From Eledone cirrhosa (taxonomy: Eukaryota), in contig OZ024740.1 of the NCBI GenBank assembly GCA_964016885.1, forward strand, positions 425,444,001 to 425,508,000: DNA of 64,000 nt. Direction: 5' to 3'. Positions 47,301 to 62,300 of the stretch are shown in pieces. The notes below the pieces were generated by a model. It saw only the letters and a program-made list of their open reading frames with translations. It was not told where the DNA came from and did not search any database. The position numbers and the translations under genes were made by a program. Positions within the stretch are counted from its first letter, which is position 1. Every line of letters begins with the position of its first letter.

Positions 47301-50300
47301 GTACCAGGTAACACAGTGACTACTGACACCCAAGGTACACTGAGAAGTACCAGGTAACACAGTGACCACTGACACCCAGGGTACAGTGAGAAGTACCAGG
47401 TAACACAGTGACCACTGACACCCAAGGTACAGGGAGAAGTACCAGGTAACACAGTGACCACTGACAACCAAGGTCCACTGAGAAGTACCAGGTAACACAG
47501 TGACCACTGACACCCAAGGTACATTGAGAAGTACCAGGTAACACAGTGACCTCTGACACCCAAGGTACACTGAGAAGTACCAGGTAACACAGTGACCACT
47601 GACACCCAAGGTACACTGAGAAGTACCAGGTAACACAGTGACCACTGACACCCAAGGTACAGCGAGAAGTACCAGGTAACACAGTGACCACTGACACCCC
47701 AGGTACAGAGAGAAGTACCAGGTAACACAGTGACCACTGACACCCAAGGTACAGTGAGTAGTACCAGGTAACACAGTGACCACTGACACCCAAGGTACAC
47801 TGAGAAGTACCAGGTAACACAGTGACCACTGACACCCAAGGTACAGCGAGAAGTACCAGGTAACACAGTGACCACTGACACCCAAGGTACACTGAGAAGT
47901 ACCAGGTAACACAGTAACCACTGACAACCAAGGTACAGTGAGAAGTACCAGGTAATACAGTGACCACTGACAACCAAGGTACACTGAGAAGTACCAGGTA
48001 ACACAGTGACCACTGACACCCAAGGTACACTGAGAAGCACCAGGTAACACAGTGACCACTGACACCCAAGGTACACTGAGAAGTACCAGGTAACACAGTG
48101 ACCACTGACACCCAAGGTACACTGAGAAGTACCAGGTAACACAGTGACCACTGACAACCAAGGTACAGAGAGAAGTACCAGGTAACACAGTGACCACTGA
48201 CACCCAGGGTACAGTGAGAAGTACCAGGTAACACAGTGACCACTGACACCCAAGGTACACTGAGAAGTACCAGGTAACACAGTGACCACTGACACCCAAG
48301 GTACAGAGAGAAGTACCAGGTAACACAGTGACCACTGACACCCAAGGTACACTGAGAAGTACCAGGTAACACAGTGACCACTGACACCCAAGGTACACTG
48401 AGAAGTACCAGGAAACACAGTGACCACTGACACCCAAGGTACAGTGAGAAGTACCAGGTAACAAGTGACCACTGACAACCAAGGTAAACTGAGAAGTACC
48501 AGGTAACACAGTGACCACTGACACCAAAGGTACATTGAGAAGTACCAGGTAACACAGTGACCACTGACACCCAAGGTACACTGAGAAGTACCAGGTAACA
48601 CAGTGACCACTGACACCCAAGGTACAGAGAGAAGTACCAGGTAACACAGTGACCACTGACACCCAAGGTACAGTGAGAAGTACCAGGTAACAAGTGACCA
48701 CTGACAACCAAGGTAAACTGAGAAGTACCAGGTAACACAGTGACCACTGACACCCAAGGTACATTGAGAAGTACCAGGTAACACAGTGACCACTGACACC
48801 CAAGGTACATTGAGAAGTACCAGGTAACACAGTGACCACTGACAACCAAGGTACAGTGAGAAAAACCAGGTAACACAGTGACCACTGACAACCAAGGTAC
48901 ACTGAGAAGTACCAGGTAACACAGTGACCACTGACACCCAAGGTACAGTGAGAAGTACCAGGTAACACAGTGACCATTGACAACCAAGGTACACTGAGAA
49001 GTACCAGGTAACACAGTGACCACTGACACCCAAGGTACACTGAGAAGTACCAGGAAACACAGTGACCACTGACACCCAAGGTACAGTGAGAAGTACCAGG
49101 TAACACAGTGAACACTGACACCCGAGGTACAGTGAGAAGTACCAGGTAACACAGTGACCACTGACAACCAATGTACATTGAGAAGTAACAGGTAACACAC
49201 TGACCACTGACACCCAAGGTACACTGAGAAGTACCAGGTAACTCAGTGACCACTGACAACCAAGGTACAGTGAGAAGTACCAGGTAACAGAGTGACCTCT
49301 GACACCCAAGGTACACTGAGAAGTACCAGGTAACACAGTGACCACTGACAACCAAGGTACACTGAGAAGTACCAGGTAACAGAGTGACCACTGACAACAA
49401 AGGTACACTGAGAAGTACCAGGTAACACAGTGACCACTGACAACCAAGGTACACTGAGAAGTACCAGGTAACAGAGTGACCACTGACAACAAAGGTACAC
49501 TGAGAAGTACCAGGTAACACAGTGACCACTGACAACCAAGGTACACTGAGAAGTACCAGGTAACAGAGTGACCACTGACAACAAAGGTACACTGAGAAGT
49601 ACCAGGTAACACAGTGACCACTGACAACCAAGGTACAGTGAGAAGTACCAGGTAACACAGTGACCACTGACACCCAAGGTACACTGAGAAGTACCAGGTA
49701 ACATAGTGACCACTGACACCCAAGGTACACTGAGAAATACCAGGTAACACAGTGACCACTGACAACCAAGGTACACTGAGAAGTACCAGGTAACACAGTG
49801 ACCACTGACAACCAAGGTACACTGAGAAGTACCAGGTAACACAGTGACCACTGACACCCAAGGTACACTGAGAAATACCAGGTAACACAGTGACCACTGA
49901 CAACCAAGGTACACTGAGAAATACCAGGTAACACAGTGACCACTGACAACAAAGGTACACTGAGAAGTACCAGGTAACACAGTGACCACTAACAACCAAG
50001 GTACAGTGAGAAGTACCAGGTAACACAGTGACCTCTGACACCAAAGGTACACTGAGAAGTACCAGGTAACAGAGTGACCACTGACAACCAAGGTACAGAG
50101 AGAAGTACCAGGTAACACAGTGACCACCGACACCCAAGGTACAGGGAGAAGTACCAGGTAACACAGTGACCACTGACAACCAAGGTACACTGAGAAGTAA
50201 CAGGTAACACACTGACCACTGACACCCAAGGTACATTGAGAAGTACCAGGTAATACAGTAACCACTGACAACCAAGGTACACTGAGAAGTACCAGGTAAC

Positions 50301-53300
50301 ACAGTGACCACTGACACCCAAGGTACACTGAGAAGTACCAGGTAACACAGTGACCACTGACACCCAAGGTACACTCAGAAGTACCAGGTAACAGAGTGAC
50401 CACTGACAACCAAGGTACAGAGAGAAGTACCAGGTAACACAGTGACCACCGACACCCAAGGTACAGGGAGAAGTACCAGGTAACACAGTGACCACTGACA
50501 CCCAAGGTACATTGAGAAGTACCAGGTAACACAGTGACCACTGACACCCAAGGTACAGGGAGAAGTACCAGGTAACACAGTGACCACTGACACCCAAGGT
50601 ATACTCAGAAGTACCAGGTGAAACAGTGACCACTGACACCCAAGGTACATGAGAAGTAGCAGGTAACACAGTGACCACTGACAACCAAGGTACAGGGAGA
50701 AGTACCAGGTAACACAGTGACCACTGACACCCAAGGTACAGGAAGAAGTACCAGGTAACACAATGACCACTGACAACCAAGGTACAGGGAGAAGTACCAG
50801 GTAACACAGTGACCACTGACACCCAAGGTACAGAGAGAAGTACCAGGTAACACAATGACCACTGACACCCAAGGTACAGGGAGAAGTACCAGGTAACACA
50901 GTGACCACTGACACCCAAGGTACAGAGAGAAGTACCAGGTAACACAGTGACCACTGACACCCAAGGTACAGGGAGAAGTACCAGGTAACACAATGACCAC
51001 TGACAACCAAGGTACAGGGAGAAGTACCAGGTAACACAGTGACCACTGACACCCAAGGTACAGAGAGAAGTACCAGGTAACACAATGACCACTGACAACC
51101 AAGGTACAGGGAGAAGTACCAGGTAACACAGTGACCACTGACACCCAAGGTACAGAGAGAAGTACCAGGTAACACAATGACCACTGACACCCAAGGTACA
51201 GGGAGAAGTACCAGGTAACACAGTGACCACTGACACCCAAGGTACAGAGAGAAGTACCAGGTAACACAGTGACCACTGACACCCAAGGTACAGGGAGAAG
51301 TACCAGGTAACACAATGACCACTGACAACCAAGGTACAGGGAGAAGTACCAGGTAACACAGTGACCACTGACACCCAAGGTACAGAGAGAAGTACCAGGT
51401 AACACAATGACCACTGACAACCAAGGTACAGGGAGAAGTACCAGGTAACACAGTGACCACTGACACCCAAGGTACAGAGAGAAGTACCAGGTAACACAAT
51501 GACCACTGACACCCAAGGTACAGGGAGAAGTACCAGGTAACACAGTGACCACTGACACCCAAGGTACAGAGAGAAGTACCAGGTAACACAGTGACCACTG
51601 ATACCCAAGGTACAGGGAGAAGTACCAGGTAACACAGTGACCACTGACACCCAAGGTACAGAGAGAAGTACCAGGTAACACAATGACCACTGACAACCAA
51701 GGTACACTGAGAAGTACCAGGTAACACAGTGACCACTGACACCCAAGATACAGTGAGAAGTACCAGGTAACACAATGACCACTGACACCCAAGGTACACT
51801 GAGAAGTACCAGGTAAGACAGTGACCACTGACACCAAAGGTACAGTGAGAAGTACCAGGTAACGCAGTGACCACTGACACCGAATCTACAGAGAGAAGTA
51901 CCAGGTAACACAGTGACCACTGACCCCCAAGATACACTGAGAAGTACCAGGTAACACAGTGACCACTGACACCCAAGGTACACTGAGAAGTACCAGGTAA
52001 CACAGTGACCACTGACACCCAAGGTACACTGAGAAGTACCAGGTAACACAGTGACCACTGACCCCCAAGATACACTGAGAAGTACCAGGTAACACAGTGA
52101 CCACTGACCCCCAAGATACACTGAGAAGTACCAGGTAACACAGTGACCACTGACACCCAAGGTACACTGAGAAGTACCAGGTAACACAGTGACCACTGAC
52201 ACCCAAGATACAGTGAGAAGTACCAGGTAACACAGTGACCACTGACACCCAAGGTACAGTGAGAAGTACCAGGTAACACAGTGACCACTGACAACCAAGG
52301 TACACTGAGAAGTACCAGGTAACACACTGACTACTGACACCCAAGGTACACTGAGAAATACCAGGTAACACAGTGACCACTGACACCCAAGGTACAGAGA
52401 GAAGTACCAGGTAACACAGTGACCACTGACACCCAAGGTACAGAGAGAAGTACCAGGTAACACAATGACCACTGACACCCAGGGTACAGTGAGAAGTACC
52501 AGGTAACACAGTGACCACTGACACCCAAGGTACATTGAGAAGTACCAGGTAACACAGTGACCACTGACACCCAAGGTACAGAGAGAAGTACCAGGTAACA
52601 CAGTGACCACTGACACCCAAGGTACACTGAGAAGTACCAGGTAACACAGTGATCACTGACACCCAAGGTACACTGAGAAGTACCAGGTAACACAGTGACC
52701 ACTGACGCCCAAGGTACACTGAGAAGTACCAGGTAACACAGTGACCACTGACAACCAAGGTACACTGAGAAGTACCAGGTAACAGAGTGACCACTGACAA
52801 CCAAGGTACACTGAGAAGTACCAGGTAACAGAGTGACCACTGACAACCAAGGTACACTGAGAAGTACCAGGTAACAGAGTGACCACTGACAACCAAGGTA
52901 CACTGAGAAGTACTAGGTAACAGAGTGACCACTGACAACCAAGGTACACTGAGAAGTACCAGGTAACAGAGTGACCACTGACAACCAAGGTACACTGAGA
53001 AGTACCAGGTAACAGAGTGACCACTGACAACCAAGGTACACTGAGAAGCACCAGGTAACACAGTGACCACTGACAACCAAGGTACACTGAGAAGTACCAG
53101 GTAACAGAGTGACCACTGACAACCAAGGTACACTGAGAAGTACCAGGTAACAGAGTGACCACTGACAACCAAGGTACAGTGAGAAGTACCAGGTAACACA
53201 GTGACCACTGACACCCAAGGTACACTGAGAAGTACCAGGTAACACAGTGACCACTGACACCCAAGGTACAGAGAGAAGTACCAGGTAACACAGTGACCAC

Positions 53301-56300
53301 TGACACCCAAGGTACACTGAGAAGTACCAGGTAACACAGTGACCACTGACACCCAAGGTACAGTGAGAAGTACCAGGTAACAGAGTGACCACTGACAACC
53401 AAGGTAAACTGAGAAGTACCAGGTAACAGAGTGACCACTGACAACCAAGGTACAGAGAGAAGTACCAGGTAACACAGTGACCACTGACACCCAAGGTACA
53501 CTGAGAAGTACCAGGTAACAGAGTGACAACTGACAACCAAGGTACAGAGAGAAGTACCAGGTAACACAGTGACCACTGACAACCAAGGTAAACTGAGAAG
53601 TACCAGGTAACACAGTGACCACTGACACCCAAGGTAAACTGAGAAGTACCAGGTAACACAGTGACCACTGACACCCAAGGTACAGTGAGAAGTACCAAGG
53701 AACACAGTGACCACTGACAACCAAGGTAAACTGAGAAGTACCAGGTAACACAGTGACCACTGACACCCAAGGTACAGAGAGAAGTACCAGGTAACATAGT
53801 GACCACTGACACCCAAGGTACAGTGAGAAGTACCAGGTAACACAGTGACCACTGACACCCAAGGTACACTGAGAAGTACAAGGTAACACAGTGACCACTG
53901 ACACCCAACATACACTGAGAAGTACCAGGTAACACAGTGACCACTGACACCCAAGGTACAGCGAGAAGTACCAGGTAACACAGTGACCACCGACACCCAA
54001 GGTACACTGAGAAATACCAGGTAACTCAGTGACCACTGACAACCAAGGTACACTGAGAAGTACCAGGTAACACAGTGACCACTAACAACCAAGGTACACT
54101 GAGAAGTACCAGGTAACAGAGTGACCACTGACAACCAAGGTACACTGAGAAGTAACAGGTAACACACTTACCACTGACACCCAAGGTACACTGAGAAATA
54201 CCAGGTAACACAGTGACCACTGACAACCAAGGTACAGAGAGAAGTACCAGGTAACACAGTGACCACCGACACCCAAGGTACAGGGAGAAGTACCAGGTAA
54301 CACAGTGACCACTGACACCCAGGGTACAGTGAGAAGTACCAGGTAACACAGTGACCACTGACAACCAAGGTACACTGAGAAGTACCAGGTAACACAGTGA
54401 CCACTGACAACCAAGGTACACTGAGAAGTACCAGGTAACACACTGACCACTGACACCCAAGGTACACTGAGAAATACCAGGTAACACAGTGACCACTGAC
54501 AACCAAGGTACACTGAGAAGTACCAGGTAACACAGTGACCTCTGACACCAAATGTACACTGAGAAGTACCAGGTAACACAGTGACCACTGACACCCAAGG
54601 TACACTGAGAAGTACCAGGTAACAGAGTGACCACTGACAACCAAGGTACACTGAGAAGTACCAGGTAACACAGTGACCACTGACAACCAAGGTACAGAGA
54701 GAAGTACCAGGTAACACAGTGACCACCGACACCCAAGGTACAGGGAGAAGTACCAGGTAACACAGTGACCACTCACAACCAAGGTACACTGAGAAGTACC
54801 AGGTAAAACAGTGCCCACTGACACCCAAGGTACATTGAGATGTACCAGGTAACACAGTGACCACTGACACCCAAGGTACAGGGAGATGTACCAGGTAACA
54901 CAGTGACCACTGACACCCAAGGTACAGGGAGAAGTACCAGATAACACAGTGACCACTGACACCCAAGGTACACTGAGAAGTACCAGGTAAGGCAGTGACC
55001 ACTGACACCAAAGGTACAGTGAGAAGTACCAGGTAACACAGTGACCACTGACACCCAAGGTACAGAGAGAAGTACCAGGTAACACAATGACCACTGACAA
55101 CCAAGGTACACTGAGAAGTACCAGGTAACACAGTGACCACTGACACCCAAGATACAGTGAGAAGTACCAGGTAACACAGTGACCACTGACAACCAAGGTA
55201 AACTGAGAAGTACCAGGTAACACAGTGACCACTGACACCCAAGGTACACAGAGAAGTACCAGGTAACACAGTGACCACTGACACCCAAGGTACAGTGAGA
55301 AGTACCAGGTAACACAGTGACCACTGACACCCAAGGTACACTGAGAAGTACAAGGTAACACAGTGACCACTGACACCCAACATACACTGAGAAGTACCAG
55401 GTAACACAGTGACCACTGACACCCAAGGTACAGCGAGAAGTACCAGGTAACATAGTGACCACCGACACCCAAGGTACACTGAGAAATACCAGGTAACTCA
55501 GTGACCACTGACAACCAAGGTACACTGAGAAGTACCAGGTAACACAGTGACCACTAACAACCAAGGTACACTGAGAAGTACCAGGTAACAGAGTGACCAC
55601 TGACAACCAAGGTACACTGAGAAGTAACAGGTAACACACTTACCACTGACACCCAAGGTACACTGAGAAATACCAGGTAACACAGTGACCACTGACAACC
55701 AAGGTACAGAGAGAAGTACCAGGTAACACAGTGACCACCGACACCCAAGGTACAGGGAGAAGTACCAGGTAACACAGTGACCACTGACACCCAGGGTACA
55801 GTGAGAAGTACCAGGTAACACAGTGACCACTGACAACCAAGGTACACTGAGAAGTACCAGGTAACACAGTGACCACTGACAACCAAGGTACACTGAGAAG
55901 TACCAGGTAACACACTGACCACTGACACCCAAGGTACACTGAGAAATACCAGGTAACACAGTGACCACTGACAACCAAGGTACACTGAGAAGTACCAGGT
56001 AACACAGTGACCTCTGACACCAAAGGTACACTGAGAAGTACCAGGTAACACAGTGACCACTGACACCCAAGGTACACTGAGAAGTACCAGGTAACAGAGT
56101 GACCACTGACAACCAAGGTACACTGAGAAGTACCAGGTAACACAGTGACCACTGACAACCAAGGTACAGAGAGAAGTACCAGGTAACACAGTGACCACCG
56201 ACACCCAAGGTACAGGGAGAAGTACCAGGTAACACAGTGACCACTCACAACCAAGGTACACTGAGAAGTACCAGGTAAAACAGTGCCCACTGACACCCAA

Positions 56301-59300
56301 GGTACATTGAGATGTACCAGGTAACACAGTGACCACTGACACCCAAGGTACAGGGAGATGTACCAGGTAACACAGTGACCACTGACACCCAAGGTACAGG
56401 GAGAAGTACCAGATAACACAGTGACCACCGAAACCCAAGGTACACTGAGAAGTACCAGGTAAGACAGTGACCACTGACACCAAAGGTACAGTGAGAAGTA
56501 CCAGGTAACACAGTGACCACTGACACCCAAGGTACAGAGAGAAGTACCAGGTAACACAATGACCACTGACAACCAAGGTACACTGAGAAGTACCAGGTAA
56601 CACAGTGACCACTGACACCCAAGATACAGTGAGAAGTACCAGGTAACACAATGACCACTGACACCCAAGGTACACTGAGAAGTACCAGGTAAGACAGTGA
56701 CCACTGACACCAAAGGTACAGCGAGAAGTACCAGGTAAGACAGTGACCACTGACACCAAAGGTACAGCGAGAAGTACCAGGTAACTCAACGACCACTGAC
56801 ACCCAAGGTACAGGGAGAAGTACCAGGTAACACAGTGACCACTGACACCCAATGTACATTGAGAAGTACCAGGTAACACAGTGACCACTGACACCCAAGG
56901 TACACTGAGAAGTACCAGGTAACACAGTGACCACTGACACCCCAGGTACACTGAGAAGTACCAGGTAACACAGTGACCACTGACACCCAAGATACAGCGA
57001 GAAGTACCAGGTAACACAGTGACCACTGACACCCAAGGTACACTGAGAAGTACCAGGTAACACAGTGACCACTGACACCCAAGGTACAGTGAGAAGTACC
57101 AGGTAACACAGTGACCACTGACACCCCAGGTACACTGAGAAATACCAGGTAACACAGTGACCACTGACACCCAAGATACAGCGAGAAGTACCAGGTAACA
57201 CAATGACCACTGACAACCAAGGTACACTGAGAAGTACCAGGTAACACAGTGACCACTGACACCCAAGATACAGTGAGAAGTACCAGGTAACACAATGACC
57301 ACTGACACCCAAGGTACACTGAGAAGTACCAGGTAAGACAGTGACCACTGACACCAAAGGTACAGCGAGAAGTACCAGGTAAGACAGTGACCACTGACAC
57401 CAAAGGTACAGCGAGAAGTACCAGGTAACTCAACGACCACTGACACCCAAGGTACAGGGAGAAGTACCAGGTAACACAGTGACCACTGACACCCAATGTA
57501 CATTGAGAAGTACCAGGTAACACAGTGACCACTGACACCCAAGGTACACTGAGAAGTACCAGGTAACACAGTGACCACTGACACCCCAGGTACACTGAGA
57601 AGTACCAGGTAACACAGTGACCACTGACACCCAAGATACAGCGAGAAGTACCAGGTAACACAGTGACCACTGACACCCAAGGTACACTGAGAAGTACCAG
57701 GTAACACAGTGACCACTGACACCCAAGGTACAGTGAGAAGTACCAGGTAACACAGTGACCACTGACACCCCAGGTACACTGAGAAATACCAGGTAACACA
57801 GTGACCACTGACACCCAAGATACAGCGAGAAGTACCAGGTAACACAGTGACCACTGACACCCAAGGTACAGTGAGAAGTACCAGGTAACACAGTGACCAC
57901 TGACACCCAAGATACAGCGAGAAGTAGCAGGTAACACAGTGACCACTGACACCCAAGGTACAGTGAGAAGTACCAGGTAACACAGTGACCTCTGACACCA
58001 AAGGTACACTGAGAAGTACCAGATAACACAGTGACCACTGACACCCAAGGTACACTGAGAAGTACCAGGTAACACAGTGACCACTGACACCCAAGGTACA
58101 TTGAGATGTACCAGGTAACACAGTGACCACTGACACCCAAGGTACAGAGAGAAGTACCAGGTAACACAGTGACCACTGACACCCAAGTTACACTGAGAAG
58201 TACCAGGTAACACAATGACCACTGACACCCAAGGTACAGCGAGAAGTACCAGGTAACACAGTGACCACTGACACCCAAGTTACACTGAGAAGTACCAGGT
58301 AACACAGTGACCACTGACAACCAAGGTACAGGGAGAAGTAACAGGTAACACACTGACCACTGACACCCAAGGTACACTGAGAAGTACCAGGTAATACAGT
58401 GACCACTGACACCCAAGGTACAGTGAGAAGTACCAGGTAACACAGTGATAACTTACAACCAAGGTACACTGAGAAGTACCAGGTAACACAGTGACCACTG
58501 ACACCCAAGGTACACTGAGAGGTACCAGGTAACACAGTGACCACTGACACCCAAGGTACATTGAGTAGTACCAGGTAACACAGTGACCATTGACACCCAA
58601 GGTACAGGGAGAAGTACCAGGTAACACAGTGACCACTCACAACCAAGGTACACTGAGAAGTACCAGGTAACACAGTGACCACTGACACCCAAGTTACACT
58701 GAGAAGTACCAGGTAACACAGTGACCACTGACACCCAAGTTACACTGAGAAGTACCAGGTAACACAGTGACCACTGACACCCAAGTTACACTGAGAAGTA
58801 CCAGGTAACACAGTGACCACTGACAACCAAGGTACACTGAGAAGTACCAGGTAACACAGTGACCACTGACACCCACGTTACACTGAGAAGTACCAGGTAA
58901 CACAGTGACCACTGACACCCAAGTTACACTGAGAAGTACCAGGTAACACAGTGACCACCGACACCCAAGGTACACTGAGAAGTACCAGGTAACACAGTGA
59001 CCACTGACACCCAAGGTACACTGAGAAGTACCAGGTAACACAGTGACCACTGACAACCAAGGTACACTGAGAAGTACCAGGTAACACACTGAACACTGAC
59101 ACCCAAGGTACACTGAGAAGTACCAGGTAACACAGTGACCACTGACAACCAAGTTACACTGAGAAGTACCAGGTAACACAGTGACCACCGACACCCAAGG
59201 TACACTGAGAAGTACCAGGTAACACAGTGACCACTGACAACCAAGGTACACTGAGAAGTACCAGGTAACACACTGAACACTGACACCCAAGGTACACTGA

Positions 59301-62300
59301 GAAGTACCAGGTAACACAGTGACCACTGACAACCAAGGTACACTGAGAAGTACCAGGTAACACAGTGACCACTGACAACCAAGGTACACTGAGAAGTACC
59401 AGGTAACACAGTGACCACTGACACCCAAGTTACACTGAGAAGTACCAGGTAACACAGTGACCACTGACACCCAAGGTACACTAAGAAGTACCAGGTAACA
59501 CAGTGACCACTGACAACCAAGGTACAGTGAGAAGTACCAGGTAACACAGTGACCACTGACACCCAAGTTACACTGAGAAGTACCAGGTAACACAGTGACC
59601 ACTGACACCCAAGGTACAGAGAGAAGTACCAGGTAACACAGTGATCACTGACAACCAAGGTACACTGAGAAGTACCAGGTAACACAGTGACCACTGACAC
59701 CCAAGTTACACTGAGAAGTACCAGGTAACACAGTGACCACTGACACCCAAGGTACACTCAGTAGTACCAGGTAACACAGTGACTAATGACACCCAAGGTA
59801 CAGGGAGAAGTACCAGGTAACACAATGACCACTGACACCCAAGGTACACTGAGAAGTACCAGGTAACACAGTGACCACTGACACCCAAGGTACACTGAGA
59901 AGTACCAGGTAACACAGTGACCACTAACAACCAAGGTACAGTGAGAGGTACCAGGTAACACAGTGACCACTGACACCCAAGGTACAGTGAGAAGTACCAG
60001 GTAACACAGTGACTAATGACACCCAAGGTACACTGAGAAGTACCAGGTAACACAGTGACCACTGACACCCAAGGTACAGTGAGAAGTACCAGGTAACACA
60101 GTGACCACTGACACCCAAGGTACACTCAGTAGTACCAGGTAACACAGTGACTAATGACACCCAAGGTACAGTGAGAAGTACCAGGTAACACACTGACTAC
60201 TGACAACCAAGGTACACTCAGAAGTACCAGGTAACACAGTGACCACTGACACCCAAGTTACACTGAGAAGTACCAGGTAACACAGTGACCACTGACACCC
60301 AAGGTACAGGGAGAAGTACCAGGTAACACAGTGACCACTGATACCCAAGGTACAGAGAGAAGTACCAGGTAACACAGTGACCACTGACACCCAAGATACA
60401 GTGAGAAGTACCAGGTAACACAGTGACCACTGACACCCAAGTTACACTGAGAAGTACCAGGTAACACAGTGACCACTGACACCCAAGGTACACTCAGTAG
60501 TACCAGGTAACACAGTGACTAATGACACCCAAGGTACAGGGAGAAGTACCAGGTAACACAATGACCACTGACAACCAAGGTACACTGAGAAGTACCAGGT
60601 AACACAGTGACCACTGACACCCAAGGTACACTGAGAAGTACCAGGTAACACAGTGACCACTAACAACCAAGGTACAGTGAGAAGTACCAGGTAACACAGT
60701 GACCACTGACACCCAAGGTACAGCGAGAAGTACCAGGCAACACAGTGACCACTGACAACCAAGGTACACTGAGAAGTACCAGGTAACACAGTGACCACTG
60801 ACACCCAAGGTACACTGAGAAGTACCAGGTAACACAGTGACCACTGACACCAAAGGTACACTGAGAAGTACCAGGTAACACAGTGACCACTAACAACCAA
60901 GGTACAGTGAGAAGTACCAGGTAACACAGTGACCACTAACAACCAAGGTACAGTGAGAAGTACCAGGTAACACAGTGACCACTGACACCCAAGGTACAGG
61001 GAGAAGTACCAGGTAACACAGTGACCACTGACACCCCAGGTACATTGAGAAGTACCAGGTAACACAGTGACCACTGACAACCAAGGTACACTGAGAAGTA
61101 CCAGGTAACACAGTGACCACTGACACCCCAGGTACATTGAGAAGTACCAGGTAACACAGTGACCACTGACACCCAAACTACACTGAGAAGTACCAGGTAA
61201 CACAGTGACCTCTGACACCCAAGGTACACTGAGAAGTACCAGGTAACACAGTGACCACTGACACCCAAGGTACAGTGAGAAGTACCAGGTAACACAGTGA
61301 CCTCTGACACCCAAGGTACACTGAGAAGTACCAGGTAACACAGTGACCACTGACACCCAAGGTACACTGAGAAGTACCAGGTAACACAGTGACCTCTGAC
61401 ACCCAAGGTACACTGAGAAGTACCAGGTAACACAGTGACCTCTGACACCCAAGGTACACTGAGAAGTACCAGGTAAAACAGTGACCACTGACACCCAAGG
61501 TACAGCGGGAAGTACCAGGTAACTCAATGACCACTGACACCGAATCTACAGAGAGAAGTACCAGGTAACACAGTGACCACTGACACCCAAGGTACATTGA
61601 GAAGTACCAGATAACACAGTGACCACTGACACCCAAGGTACATTGAGAAGTACCAGGTAACACGGTGACCACTGACAACCCAGGTACACTGAGAAGTACC
61701 AGGTAACACAGTGACCACTGACACCCAAGGTACATTGAGAAGTACAAGGTAACACAGTGACCACTGACACCCAAGGTACACTGAGAAGTACCAGGTAACA
61801 CAGTGACCACTGACACCTAGGGTACACTTAGAAGTACCAGGTAACACAGTGAGCACTGACAACCAAGGTACATTGAGAAGTACAAGGTAACACAGTGACC
61901 ACTGACACCCAAGTTACACTGAGAAGTACCAGGTAACACAGTGACCACTGACAACCAAGGTACACTGAGAAGTACCAGGTAACACAGTGACCACTGACAC
62001 CCAAGTTACACTGAGAAGTACCAGGTAACACAGTGACCACTGACACCCAAGTTACACTGAGAAGTACCAGGTAACACAGTGACCACCGACACCCAAGGTA
62101 CACTGAGAAGTACCAGGTAACACAGTGACCACTGACACCCAAGGTACACTGAGAAGTACCAGGTAACACAGTGACCACTGACAACCAAGGTACACTGAGA
62201 AGTACCAGGTAACACACTGAACACTGACACCCAAGGTACACTGAGAAGTACCAGGTAACACAGTGACCACTGACAACCAAGTTACACTGAGAAGTACCAG